A DNA stretch of 64,000 nt, taken from Marsupella aquatica. Lineage: Eukaryota; Plantae; Marchantiophyta. This document shows positions 38,032-49,105 of the stretch, piece by piece. The first letter of the stretch is position 1; each line of letters starts with the position of its first letter. Under the pieces are notes generated by a model. That model did no database searches, was not told where the DNA came from, and saw only the letters and a list, made by a program, of their open reading frames with translations. A program made the position numbers and the translations under genes. The stretch covers positions 11,086,184 through 11,150,183 of the forward strand of contig OZ316895.1 of assembly GCA_973895155.1 (NCBI GenBank), written 5' to 3'.

Positions 38032-39885
38032 ATGCTAGATCAACCGGAGTTCAGTGTGGCACGCATTCGGAGATACAAGGCTGCTTACCGTGACTACGTG
38101 GAGACTTTGATTTCAAGGGAGAGAGAAGAGAGAGAAGCTACGATGAGCACGGGATTGGCAGCAGGTTCCACGCCGGTGGGTAGGAGGATTTTTCGTCGAA
38201 TTTATCCCAAGACCTCCGCCAAGGTGATGGAGGATTGTCGGAATATTTTCCAAGCCACCGGGGTTACAGAATTCATGAAGGTGGAGATTACCATCCCCCC
38301 GGGGAAGAGCTGGGACATTGAGGCCGGGATGGAGTTACGAACGGAGGGAATCTACTTTGAATGTCTCAAACGTGTAGTGCCCCATGTAGAGTTGGCTAGG
38401 CTGCTATTTCTGGAGAATCAGAAATTCTCATTCACACCTCGGCACATCAGGGGAGAACTCACGTTGAAGATGGTGGCCACTTGGGTGATTAATCCCACCT
38501 CCACCACTGCCATCCCTCTTTCCGTTGTCAAGGATGTTGAGTATAAGGGATTCCTGGCCAAGGTTCATCAACGGGTCCTTGGCAACGTGCAATCAGGGGT
38601 GGTGAATGAAGAACATTTCGTGGTAGCTATGGACATCAAGAACCACCCAGCCCATGTGTACGGATGGTGGTACTACGGGTTGAAGAAGCTGTTGGCCGCT
38701 GACCTCGGGAGTGTGAAACCAGGTGGGGCTATACATTTGATGGGGTCATTTGTATTGGCCAGGGCAGAAGGGTTGATTGGTTCCCCGGGACAGGAAGACA
38801 CGGAATCATCTCTCACCACGGAGATCCGGAGTATTTCCACTACCGTTATCGGGAAGCTCACGGAGGAATCATCGTCGGCTGGTGGGGATGAAGATAGAGG
38901 AGAAGAAAACCAGGATGAGGACTACACATTGGAGTGGCTTGAATCACTCGTGGGAGATCCGAAAGAGCCCCTGGCCTACAACATTCCGGATGTTTACCTG
39001 GCAGAGCTACGGGATTTCAGAGAGGGAGTCCATGAGGGACTCAAGCTAGTCCACGCATTGAGAGATTCTCTCAAGCACACCACAGCCAGAGTAGAGACGT
39101 TAGAGCAGAGTACCCTGTCTCTGAAGGAGGTGATCAAGGCCAAGGAGGAGACCATTCATGAGAAGGTTAAGCTTCTCCAAGCAGCTCACGTAGAGATCTC
39201 CAACTTGAAGGGAGCCTTGTCCACCAAGGCCAAGGAAGCAGAAGAGGTGGGAGCATTGAGACAAGCATTGGCCAAAGAGAAGCAGAATTCTGGAGAAGTG
39301 GTGGAGTGGAGAAACCAGGTGGGAGCACTACGGAGTCAGGTGGCCGCCTTTGAGACACGAGCAAAGAGGAGTGAGGCCTTGAGTCTGGGGAAACGGAAGA
39401 GCCCCGACACTCCTAGCTCCACACTTTCTCCGGATTTGATCTCCCAGGCTATTGAGATGGTGGTGAAGGAGGTTAGTGGGAAGTATGGGCCCTTGTTGGA
39501 TGGAGCCAAGAAGAGTCAGGAGAAGAGCAAGGGCTTGGAGAAGAAGCTCCGGGAGGTACAGAAATCATTACGGGAGGCTCAGGTCAGTACAGGGATGCCA
39601 CCCAGGTCTGTCACCCCCGGGACTCCCATGGCCACAGGGCAAGTTCTACCGTTGGAGTTGCGGTCCGGAGAAGAGGCTACCCTATGGAAGGACACCATTG
39701 GTGAGGGGTACATTAAAGCGTGGCAGGCCTTGGCCAATTTGAGAAAGCAGGGGAGCACTAGCACAAGGAGTACCCCGGTAAAGAAGAAGAGAAGTGAAGT
39801 GGCACTCACTCCAGTGGAGAGTGATGAGGAGGCCCACTCACGGGGCTCAAGCCAGGGCACCGTGAGTGAAGAGGAGGAGGATTAG
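38032..39885 (+). CDS. Intact 617-aa ORF lying wholly inside the 5' LTR (globular domain plus coiled coil, KKKR/KRK basic patches)
   Basis: ATG-to-TAG ORF, duplicated in the 3' LTR. Confidence 0.8.
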   Translation: MLDQPEFSVARIRRYKAAYRDYVETLISREREEREATMSTGLAAGSTPVGRRIFRRIYPKTSAKVMEDCRNIFQATGVTEFMKVEITIPPGKSWDIEAGMELRTEGIYFECLKRVVPHVELARLLFLENQKFSFTPRHIRGELTLKMVATWVINPTSTTAIPLSVVKDVEYKGFLAKVHQRVLGNVQSGVVNEEHFVVAMDIKNHPAHVYGWWYYGLKKLLAADLGSVKPGGAIHLMGSFVLARAEGLIGSPGQEDTESSLTTEIRSISTTVIGKLTEESSSAGGDEDRGEENQDEDYTLEWLESLVGDPKEPLAYNIPDVYLAELRDFREGVHEGLKLVHALRDSLKHTTARVETLEQSTLSLKEVIKAKEETIHEKVKLLQAAHVEISNLKGALSTKAKEAEEVGALRQALAKEKQNSGEVVEWRNQVGALRSQVAAFETRAKRSEALSLGKRKSPDTPSSTLSPDLISQAIEMVVKEVSGKYGPLLDGAKKSQEKSKGLEKKLREVQKSLREAQVSTGMPPRSVTPGTPMATGQVLPLELRSGEEATLWKDTIGEGYIKAWQALANLRKQGSTSTRSTPVKKKRSEVALTPVESDEEAHSRGSSQGTVSEEEED

Positions 39886-41067
39886 AGTGGTCGTACGGAC
39901 GTGGTTGTACGGCCCCTGGACTTTCCAAATTTTTTGTGAGGGGTCACTCACGGGCTTGTTGGAAAGAGCTCGCGGAGCTGATTCCAACAAGAGGCGGCGC
40001 TCCTCAAACGGAGCCAGGATGAGCAGGTTATGGCCCGACGAAGTTGTGTTTACGGGATACAGAAACGGTCATAACTTGGTCGTCCAATGTCCGTTTAGAG
40101 AGCGGTTGAGTGATTCGTGATCAGGAGGAGGAGAGCTATCCAGGGGTGAACTCAGAAGTGCAAGTGGAGGGGCGCCTAGTTTCGGCCATTGTGGGGTTCC
40201 TTGCAATTTCACGGTTCACGGAGTAACATTGGGGCACCGTCGAAGGCACCGTCGGCCCCATTGTTAGTTTAGGGTTTAGGGTTTTTAGACGCATGTGTGT
40301 GCCGCATGGTTTTAGTTTAGGGGTTTCTTAGTGAAGGGTTTAGCGGCGCCGCTAGGGTAAGCCGCCATCGTTGTGGCCCCGTGAGGGGTGCTTTGGTGTG
40401 TTTTTTGGTATTTAGGGGGAGAGCCCCAGAGTAGTGGGGGGGGAACTCAGCGTAGTACTTGGATGCTTTGGAGTAGCTTTTGTGAGTAGCGCACCGATTA
40501 GGAGAAGTTCAAGCCAGAGTAGTGAGGTGGAGAACGTAGCACTTGTCCCCGGGAGGCAGGAGTTGGGCAGACGGCAGGAGGCCGGGTTGCCCTTGCATGT
40601 GTTACGAGAAACACCAAGAGATATGGATTTGGCTTGAGGTTCCAATATTTTGTGTGTCACTTGTGGTTGCTTGTGTTGTTTGTTTTCCTCCCCTAGTGCG
40701 TGTGGTCGGTGTCATTGTGGAAACATTTGCCCTTGTCACTAGTGTTCAAATCTTATTGTAAATGTTGGTATGCTTGCCCAAGAGAGGAGGGGGGTGGTGA
40801 CATCACTCACCCGGTGGGCATGAGTTGTAGATGGTAGGACCAGTCCCTTGGACTTGATCAAAAACGGAGAGACCAATCGGTAGACTTGATCAAAAAATAC
40901 ACTTCCGGGAGCGGAATCAAACATACTCATACTTAGGTGTGGAAATCCTCCAAATAGCGTCCCTCCACGACCCCGTAATACGATACCAACGGTTTAAGCA
41001 AGGAAAAGTACGGTTTGCACGTATTAATCGTTGGACAGGCAAGTGACATAAGTGTGGTCCTTGTTTT

Positions 41068-41085
41068 TGGCGCCGCTGCCGGGGA
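41068..41085 (+). other. Primer binding site, tRNA-Asp type
   Basis: TGGCGCCGCTGCCGGGGA, one base from the Athila-type TGGCGCCGTTGCCGGGGA. Confidence 0.8.
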
Positions 41086-41300
41086 CCCTTCTTCTTGTTT
41101 GACTACACGAAGAGGGGAGCTACGTCTATTTGGAATTCAAGCCTATCAACCACAATGCAACTTGCGACGGTTGATACGTGAGAAGTTTGTTGGTTACTTT
41201 GTTATTGTACGTCAACCACAACGCATCGTGCGACGGTTGATATTCACAAAGATTGCTTTCTGAGACAATGGTGTGAGTTTGGAATGCAGGTCTCAATGGG

Positions 41301-44300
41301 ATGCCGAGAGGGAGAAGGGGAGGTAGAGGAAGTCCCCAACACACACGTACCCCACTACCCGAGCTAGAAGGGGGGCCCTCTTGGATTGGGACCAGACGAC
41401 GTGTTGCTGCCGAAGAACGCTTACGGCTTGCAGAAGAGAGGAGGTTGCCACTGGTGCTGGAAGAACAAGTTGGTGTGCAACCAGGAGAGGCTCAACGTAA
41501 TGAGGCCATACGCCTAGACGAAGAGCCAGACGTAGATCACGAGCTAGAAGAAGGAGAGCCCTTTGTGTTGGTGCAGTCTGAGTTGCAACAAAATCTCATT
41601 CCAGAGCTCACTGCATTGCCACAAATCGTCTCACACCTATCATCGGTACTGTTACCAGTGGCCCAACGTACGCCATTACCACCTGTGTTGATACAGGCAC
41701 CAGCTGCACCGATGGCAGCTGCACAACGTACCCGTGTTCAGTACGTACCCTTCAAGGGGAGACCAAAGGATGATCCAGACGAATGGATTGAGGAGTTTGA
41801 AGGGATTGCCGAAGCTAATGGGGAGTCTGCACATAAGCTCACTATCATTCCTGGAATGATGAGAGGGGAGGCAGGCCCATGGTTTATTTCGTTGTTGCCC
41901 AACGTAAAAGCCGATTGGGCTTTGTTCAAGCAAGCCTTCTTGAAGGAGTTCAGATCCATCGGAGTGGAGGCCACGTCGCTATTGAAGGTGGGCCAACTTA
42001 GGATGAAGAAGAAGGAGTCATTACGGAGGTTTTTGCAAAGGTTCCAGAAGTTAGTACGACGGATACAAGCCCGTACCGATGATGCTATGCGTCAAGCGTG
42101 GTTTGTAGCTGCCCTACCAAGCAAGATGGGGTTCTTTGTACGTCAAGCCAAGCCAACCACATTGGCTGAAGCTATTGCAGCAGCGGAGTCATACATTGCA
42201 GCTGATGCCACAAGCAAGCGTTGCCAAAGAAAAAAGCTGAAGCCGGTTGACAGTTCGTCTAGTGATGAATCCAGTGGATCTGAGTCGGATAGTAGTGATG
42301 AATCTGAGGATTCTGAGAGCGCTACGGAGTCGGACACTACGGGGTCAGAAGCTGAGAAGCGAAAGAAGAGGAAGAAGAAGTTGTCCAAGAAGACCAAGAA
42401 GTCGTCTCATCGAGAAGTGATGATACCCACGGTGGCCATTACCCCATTATCTACGGCAAGACGTCTCAAGGAGCAAGAGGCCAGGTATGATGAGTTGATA
42501 GAGCAAATGAAAGCGTTGAAGGTGCACTTTGCAGGTCTCAAGCCAGAGAGGAGGAAGGTTCCAGTAGAGAGAGCCAACGTGTGGTGCACCAAGTGCATGA
42601 AGTTTGGTCATGCCCCGAAAGAGTGCCCAGCGGGAGAACCAGCCAAGGTTTTCCAAGTACGGGAGGAGGACGTTGAAGGAGCCAGCTACTCAACCTCTTC
42701 CTATGCAGCGGAGGGGCCAGTTGAGTACTTCATGGAGGAGCCACCGGAGTCCAATGTGTATAGTGTGCAGCCGCTCAACCCGGGACCAAGGAGCATTCAT
42801 GGGATCTCAACTAACGCTCAAGCACCCCCATATGCTAACTATTCCAACGCTACTCCCGGAAATAGGCCACCGTATCCTGGAGTGAGGAAGATCCCTATTT
42901 GTTACAATTGTAGAGTGGCTGGCCACTACGCTAACGTGTGCCCGGAGCCCACACATCAAGGGAACGGAGATTTTGCCCGGTTGTGTCAATTGTGCAAGGG
43001 GGAGGGTCATCTTGCACCACACTGTCCAACCTTGGAAGCAATCAAGGCTCAACAAGCTGGAGGACCGGAGAAGAAGGGACCACCACCCCCGCTCAAAGAA
43101 GCTAACGTCAACTTTCTTGCCACGGAAGCGGTTGACCCGCTTGAGTTCATCCCTGCAAAGGAGTTGGTCACCAAACGGGAAGAGCCCGTAGTGGACGTTC
43201 CCAAGCAGAGGCTGGTCACCATCAAGGAACAGTTAGTACCATCAGTCGTTGTAGTATCTCCAGTTGTGGAGGCACCTTTGGTGGTCGTTGTCACTGCGGA
43301 AGTTGTTGAGCACACACGGTCCCCAAGTCATGAGTGGACTCACGCTGAAAATTTGCCGGAGGTGGACAGTGATGATGAGAGGAGACACTACTCTTGTTAC
43401 CGGGTCTCCACTCGGTCTGGGAAAAAGAAGGACAAGTCTGAACTCAAGCAGAAGTACAAGGAGGTGCATCAAGCTTCCACATCGGGCACCTCACACGAAC
43501 CGGAGGTGCCACCCATGGAAGATAGCGACTTTGACCGGGATAACCCCAAGTTGTTCTACCCAAAGGTGGGAGAAGAGGTACGCAAGCAACTGGAGCAACT
43601 AGAAGCACAAGCCATGCAAGCGGCCATTGACAAAGACCTAGAGGAGGCAAAGGCCAGAAAGAAAGCGGAGGAGAAGGTTGTTCGTTGGAAACCAGGAGAG
43701 GAGGTCATCCCACCCATACCTCCTGCAACTGCGTACAACATTGCTCAAGATATTCTAGATTGTCCAGCCAGTGCCACGATTGGGCAACTGCTACGTGATA
43801 GCTCCCTCTACCGCCGCCAAGTCAAGGAGATTCTTATGAGGAGGAGACGTAGACGAAGGTTACCCAAAGTCGGGGTTGACCCCATACAAGTCAACTGGGT
43901 CACGGAGGATTTGGGTGCCCCAGAACTCACGGTATACATCAACGGATGTGCAATACGGTTTGTACCGGTGGACGGGGGCTCGGGAGTCAACATCATGACT
44001 GAGGAGACGGCAAACCGGTTGGGGTATACGGAGTTAGAGCCACCAGCACGTGCCATGAGGTTGGCTGATGGTGCACGGGTGGTGCCGTTGGAGTGTCTCA
44101 CCAAGATTCCAACAATGATTGGGGGAAAATCTTTCCCCCTCAACTATTTGGTGATGCGACCCGTTCGGCCATACGGTTTTCCCATCTTAATTGGCAGGCC
44201 ATGGTTGTATGTGGCCAAGGTCACCAGTGATTGGGGCAAACGGCAATTTCGGTTTGGCACCCCCACTATTACCATTCCCTGGTCAGCGGAGTCACCTCAA

Positions 44301-47300
44301 GGGGAGACTACCTCTATGGAAGAGCAATATGATTCAGAGGTCACCTCAGATGAGGACGAGGATGAAGTATACATGGTGAAGCTGATTTCTCATCTGACGG
44401 AGGAAGATGTATTTGGCCCACAAGCTGCTACCCCCGAGGAGAGAATTCAGGAGGTACCACTTGACCAAAGTTGTGTTGTGCAGAAGAAAACCAGAGAAGA
44501 GCCACCTACACCACCAATGGCCCAGCTTGTTGATACTCAGGAGGAGGGCCAGGAAGCTCAAGCCATCTTGTTTGACGATGAACGAAGGGAGGAGTGGTTG
44601 AATGACCTCTTGGATGAAGAATTTAGAGAGGAGCTACTGTCACATTACAAAGAATCTGATGTGGAAGAAATGATGGCCCATGTGACAAAAGATCCACCTC
44701 CAACCCGGCCAGACCAGGAGGACAGTGATGCACCTGTGTATGGAGGGATGAGGCTCGCACGGTTGGAAGAGACCTTTGATGAGGAGACACGCAACAAGCT
44801 GGACGTGATCAGGCCAGAGCAGTACACCAAGGTGGAAGTGGGTGAGGGCAAGACACTCAACATTGGTAGTAAGTTGGATGCTACGGAGCAACGCAAGATT
44901 CAAGAATTGTTGAAGGAGTACCAAGATTTGAAAGGAGTGCCACCTGAGTTTGGTGAGCACAGCATTGACCTGATGTCAGGAGCACGACCTGTGAGGCAAC
45001 GCCAATACCGCCTCAACCCCAAGTACTCACTCATGGTGAAGGAGGAGATTGACCGTTTGTTGGATGCAGGCTTCATTTATCCAGTCATGCATAGTGAGTG
45101 GGTGTCACCCATCGTGATCGTGCCCAAGAAGAAGGGGCCAGACGGGAAGGTGAAAATACGGGTGTGCCAAGATTTTCGAAAGTTGAATGAGGCGACCAAG
45201 AAGGATCACTACCCACTGCCGTTTACCGATATCGTGTTGGATATGGTAGCTGGTTGGGAGATTTACAGCTTCTTGGATGGCTACTCTGGCTACAACCAAA
45301 TTTGGATACGGGAGGAGGACCAACTCAAGACGGCTTTCACTACGGAGTGGGGGATTTTTGCATTCCGTAGAATGCCTTTTGGGTTGTGCAATGCCCCTGG
45401 CATGTTCCAGCGGCTCATGATGAATATATTTCACAACTTTTTACGCAGGTTCTTGGAGATCTTTATTGACGACTTTGCTGTCTATGGCAAACGAGTCAAG
45501 CATCCGGAACACTTACGGTTGACTTTTCAGCGGTGCCGGGAGACTTGCTTGAGGCTGCATCCTGAGAAATGTTTCTTTGGAATTGAGGAGGGAACCCTAT
45601 TGGGCCACAAAGTGTCTACTCGGGGGATTGAAGTTGACCGTGAGAAGGTGGCCGTGTGGGTAGCAGTCTCATTTCCCAAGAACGTAAAGGAAGTGAGAGG
45701 GTTCTTGGGGTGTGTTGGATACTATCGACGCTTCATCAAAGACTTTGCCAAGGTAGCCATGCCACTCACCTCCATGTTGAAGAAGGGAAGTGAATTTGAA
45801 CCTACTCCACCCCGACAGGCTGCTTTTGATGAATTGAAGAAACGTTTGCTAGAGGCTCCCGTGCTCATTACGCCCAATTGGAATAAGGAGTTCCATGTCT
45901 ATGTAGACGTATCAGGATTTTGCATCGGTGCCGTTTTGAGTCAGTTAGATGATGATGGAAGGGACCATCCCATCTACTTTTCCAGTAGGCAGTTGGCCCC
46001 GACAGAGAAGAACTACTCACCCACCGATAGGGAGGTACTTGGTATTATTTACGCTTGTAAAAAGTATCATCATTATTTGTTGGGATACAAGGTTGTGTTC
46101 CACACGGATCACAATAGCTTGAAATACATGGTCAACAAGCCAGATCTGTCCGGAAGAATTGCACGTTGGGTTTTGTTGCTGCAGGAGTTCAACTATGAGG
46201 TGAGAGTGAGACCGGGGAAGAATCACAGCAATGCAGACTTCTTCTCCCGTATTGAGGGAGCATCTGACTCACAGGAGATCGATGATCGGTTCCCGGATGA
46301 AGAAGTGTTCAGCGTGACTACGGAGGCCACTACTTGGTATGGAGAAATTTTGGAATTTCTCCGTACGGCGAGAGTTCCCTCACGTTTGGGCCCGGAGAGA
46401 GCAGCAGTGTTTTTACGTAAGACAGGTCCCTACTTGCTTGTGAAGGGAGTACTTCACAAGTACGGCATGGATGGCCGCCTTCGTCGTTGTTTGGAGGAAG
46501 CTGAGATACGTACAGTCATGGCAGCACTACATGAGGAGGAAGCTGGTGGCCACTTTGCACGGGAGACCACCGCAAGGAAAATACTAAATGCTGGATATTG
46601 GTGGCCAACTCTCTTTCGGGATGTACACCGGTACATCCAGCGATGTGATCCGTGCCAGCGGCAAGGCAAGCCAGGGCCCTCCTCACGCCACCCATTGGTG
46701 CCCATACTTCCTCTTGCACCCTTTGAGAAGTGGGGGGTTGATTTCATTGGCCCCTTCACTCCCATCACTAGAAGAGGGAGGAAGCGCTACATCATTCTTG
46801 CAACGGACTATGCCACAAAGTGGGTGGAGGCCCGAGCCATTGCCAAGGATGATGCCAACACCACGGCACGTTTTTTGTACGAGCAGATTTTTACATGATT
46901 TGGTCCCCCATTGGAGCTGGTGAGCGACAGGGGTACTCACTTTCTCAATCATACGATTGAACGTCTGACGGAGAACTACCTGATCTCACATAGGAAGACC
47001 ACTCCGTACCATCCTCGAGCCAACGGGCTCACTGAGAGAGCAAACGGGATCATGGGCAAGATTCTTAACAAGACGGTATCAGCTCACAAGACAGATTGGG
47101 ATTTGAAGTTGTTGGCTGCTACTTACGCCTACAACCTGGCTCACAAGACTACCACGGGCCACAGCCCCTATTTCCTTGTGTTTGGACAACACTCTCTTGT
47201 GCCGGTGGAATTTGAAGTGCCCACCATTCGTATCCTAACACGGGAAAGGGAAGGGGAAGAAAGAAGTGTAGCTGCACGGATCCAACTGTTGGAGCAACTC

Positions 47301-47666
47301 ACTGAGATAAGAGAAGAGGCTTTGACCCGTACGGAGCAGGAGCAAAGCAAACGGAAGTCACATTACGATTCCCGTCTCCGTTGTGTGTCAATTGAGAAGG
47401 GAGATTTGGTACTCCTGTACGACAGTCGTTTTATGCATTTCCCCGGGAAGTTGCATACCCGTTGGATGGGGCCCTACGTAGTGGACGCCGTCTACTCCAA
47501 CGGCTCGGTTCAACTCAAGACGTTGGAGGGGCAACTACTCAACACCCGGATCAATCAAGAACGCTTGAAGAAGTACTACACGGAGGAGGAGTATGGTGCT
47601 CGCGGGGGCGCTTTGCAATTAAGAGGAGAGCTATGTGACGGGGTCCCCCGTCACTTGAAATCATGA
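41301..47666 (+). pseudogene. Gypsy gag-pol (~2120 codons, one frame) with a single premature TGA at 46896-46898 in integrase
   Basis: Three CCHC knuckles, VPVDGGSG protease, RMPFGLCNAP and FIDD in RT, YVDVS RNase H, GGHF..CDPCQ, WGVDFIGP, SDRG, NGLTER, WMGPY; no chromodomain. Confidence 0.93.
47621..47630 (+). other. Polypurine tract of element C
   Basis: AAGAGGAGAG 3 nt before the 3' LTR. Confidence 0.75.
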
Positions 47667-49105
47667 ATAATGGGTTGCAGAGGGGTGTGCCTTGTTAATA
47701 GCCACTGTAAATAAGCCATTTTTAAATTTTTTTTAGTTATTTCCGCCATTGTAGGTTGATGATGCCCCGGGTGACTTTGTATTCTTCCTCTCGTAATAGT
47801 TCTAAGATTTTTGGCGACCTAAGCAGGCAAATATTTTGGGACCTTAAAAAGCTAGAGGGCCAACCCCATTGGAATTATCGTTTGCTTGAGCTATCGTTGC
47901 CACCCCCCTTGTAATTTGAAGAAAAGGGAGCTTTGGGGGGATTAAAATTCCCCATTAGGGAGCCTTGCGAGTGACCAGGTGGCGCCCGGGAAACCTAGCC
48001 CTTGCATAGGGAGGCGCGCCACGCGAGCGAGGGTGCCGCAAGCCAAGGGCTCCCGTGAGCCGGGCCCAAAGGACGCGTGAGTGAAGGAGGGGGGGTATTA
48101 AACCCTTCCGCGAGGAGGGAGCAGGACCGGGCGAGCCCTGCATAGGGCCGCGAGCCCACCAGCCGCAGCCGCAAGTAGACGCAACGGCGAGGGGGAGAAA
48201 GCGAGAGGCGAGCCGGGGCGCATGGCTTGTGCGCAGCCGGGAGGTACCGGGTGGCTTGCCGGAGCCGGGAGGAGCCCGCGAGTAAGAGCCCAGGTGAGCC
48301 GAGCCGGGGCGCATGGCTTGTGCACAGCCGGGAGGTACCGGGCGGCTTGCCGGAGCTGGGAGGAGCCCGCGAGTAAGAGCCCAGGTGAGCCGAGCCGGGG
48401 CGCGAGGCGCAGCCGGGTCGCAGCCGGGAGGAGAAGATCGCGGAGTGGGGAGGGGGGCAATTAAGTTCCCTTGGGAAGGGCCCGCATGAGGGGCTGTGAG
48501 TAGGGGGAATTAAATTTCCCCGGCCTTGGAGGACTGGAGGCCACCGCGAGTATGCCCCGGAAGGGAGGCGCAAGGCGCTCCCGTGAGTAGTGGGGGGAGA
48601 TTAAATCCCCCATTAAAGCGCAGCCGGGATGCTTCGGAGGGCAGGTCAGAGGGGGGCAGGTACGCGCGCGGCAGAAGGGGGGAGAAAATACTCCCCGATA
48701 CACGGGTTAGTCAATACCCAGGAGGGGGCAGCGAACGGCACCTGGTGCTTAGGGGTATACTTAAGGGGGGCCTGCGCCCTTAGGAAAGCCACCACTTCTT
48801 GCGTTCCCCTTAACTTTTTTCTTGCTTCCCTTGAGATGCCGAAAGCTTCCCTCAAAACTGCTTCTTTGTAAACAGTACCCTGGTTCTTGGTTCTCCAATT
48901 TTTTTTCCCCTTTCTCTCTAGCTCGGCATGGAATTGGGGGACTCACTGTCTCCGAGCATTAACGGTGGCTGCAGTGAATTATGTCTGGGAAATTGAGATT
49001 GGGTCATTGATTGATCGGGATACGGGGGCTGTTTCGGGCCAGGGAATTGACATTGCTACGGGTGACGGGATTTGGTGATTGAGGATTTGATTTCGGGATG
49101 CACGA

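Larger units (their letters stand above)
36560..41048 (+). repeat. 5' LTR of element C (4489 bp)
   Basis: TGTGAC...GTGACA; direct repeat of 47634-52821. Confidence 0.95.

Noticed and set aside
38032-39885. env gene interpretation of the LTR ORF
   Set aside because: No clear signal peptide or transmembrane helix; lies in the LTR, not between pol and the PPT
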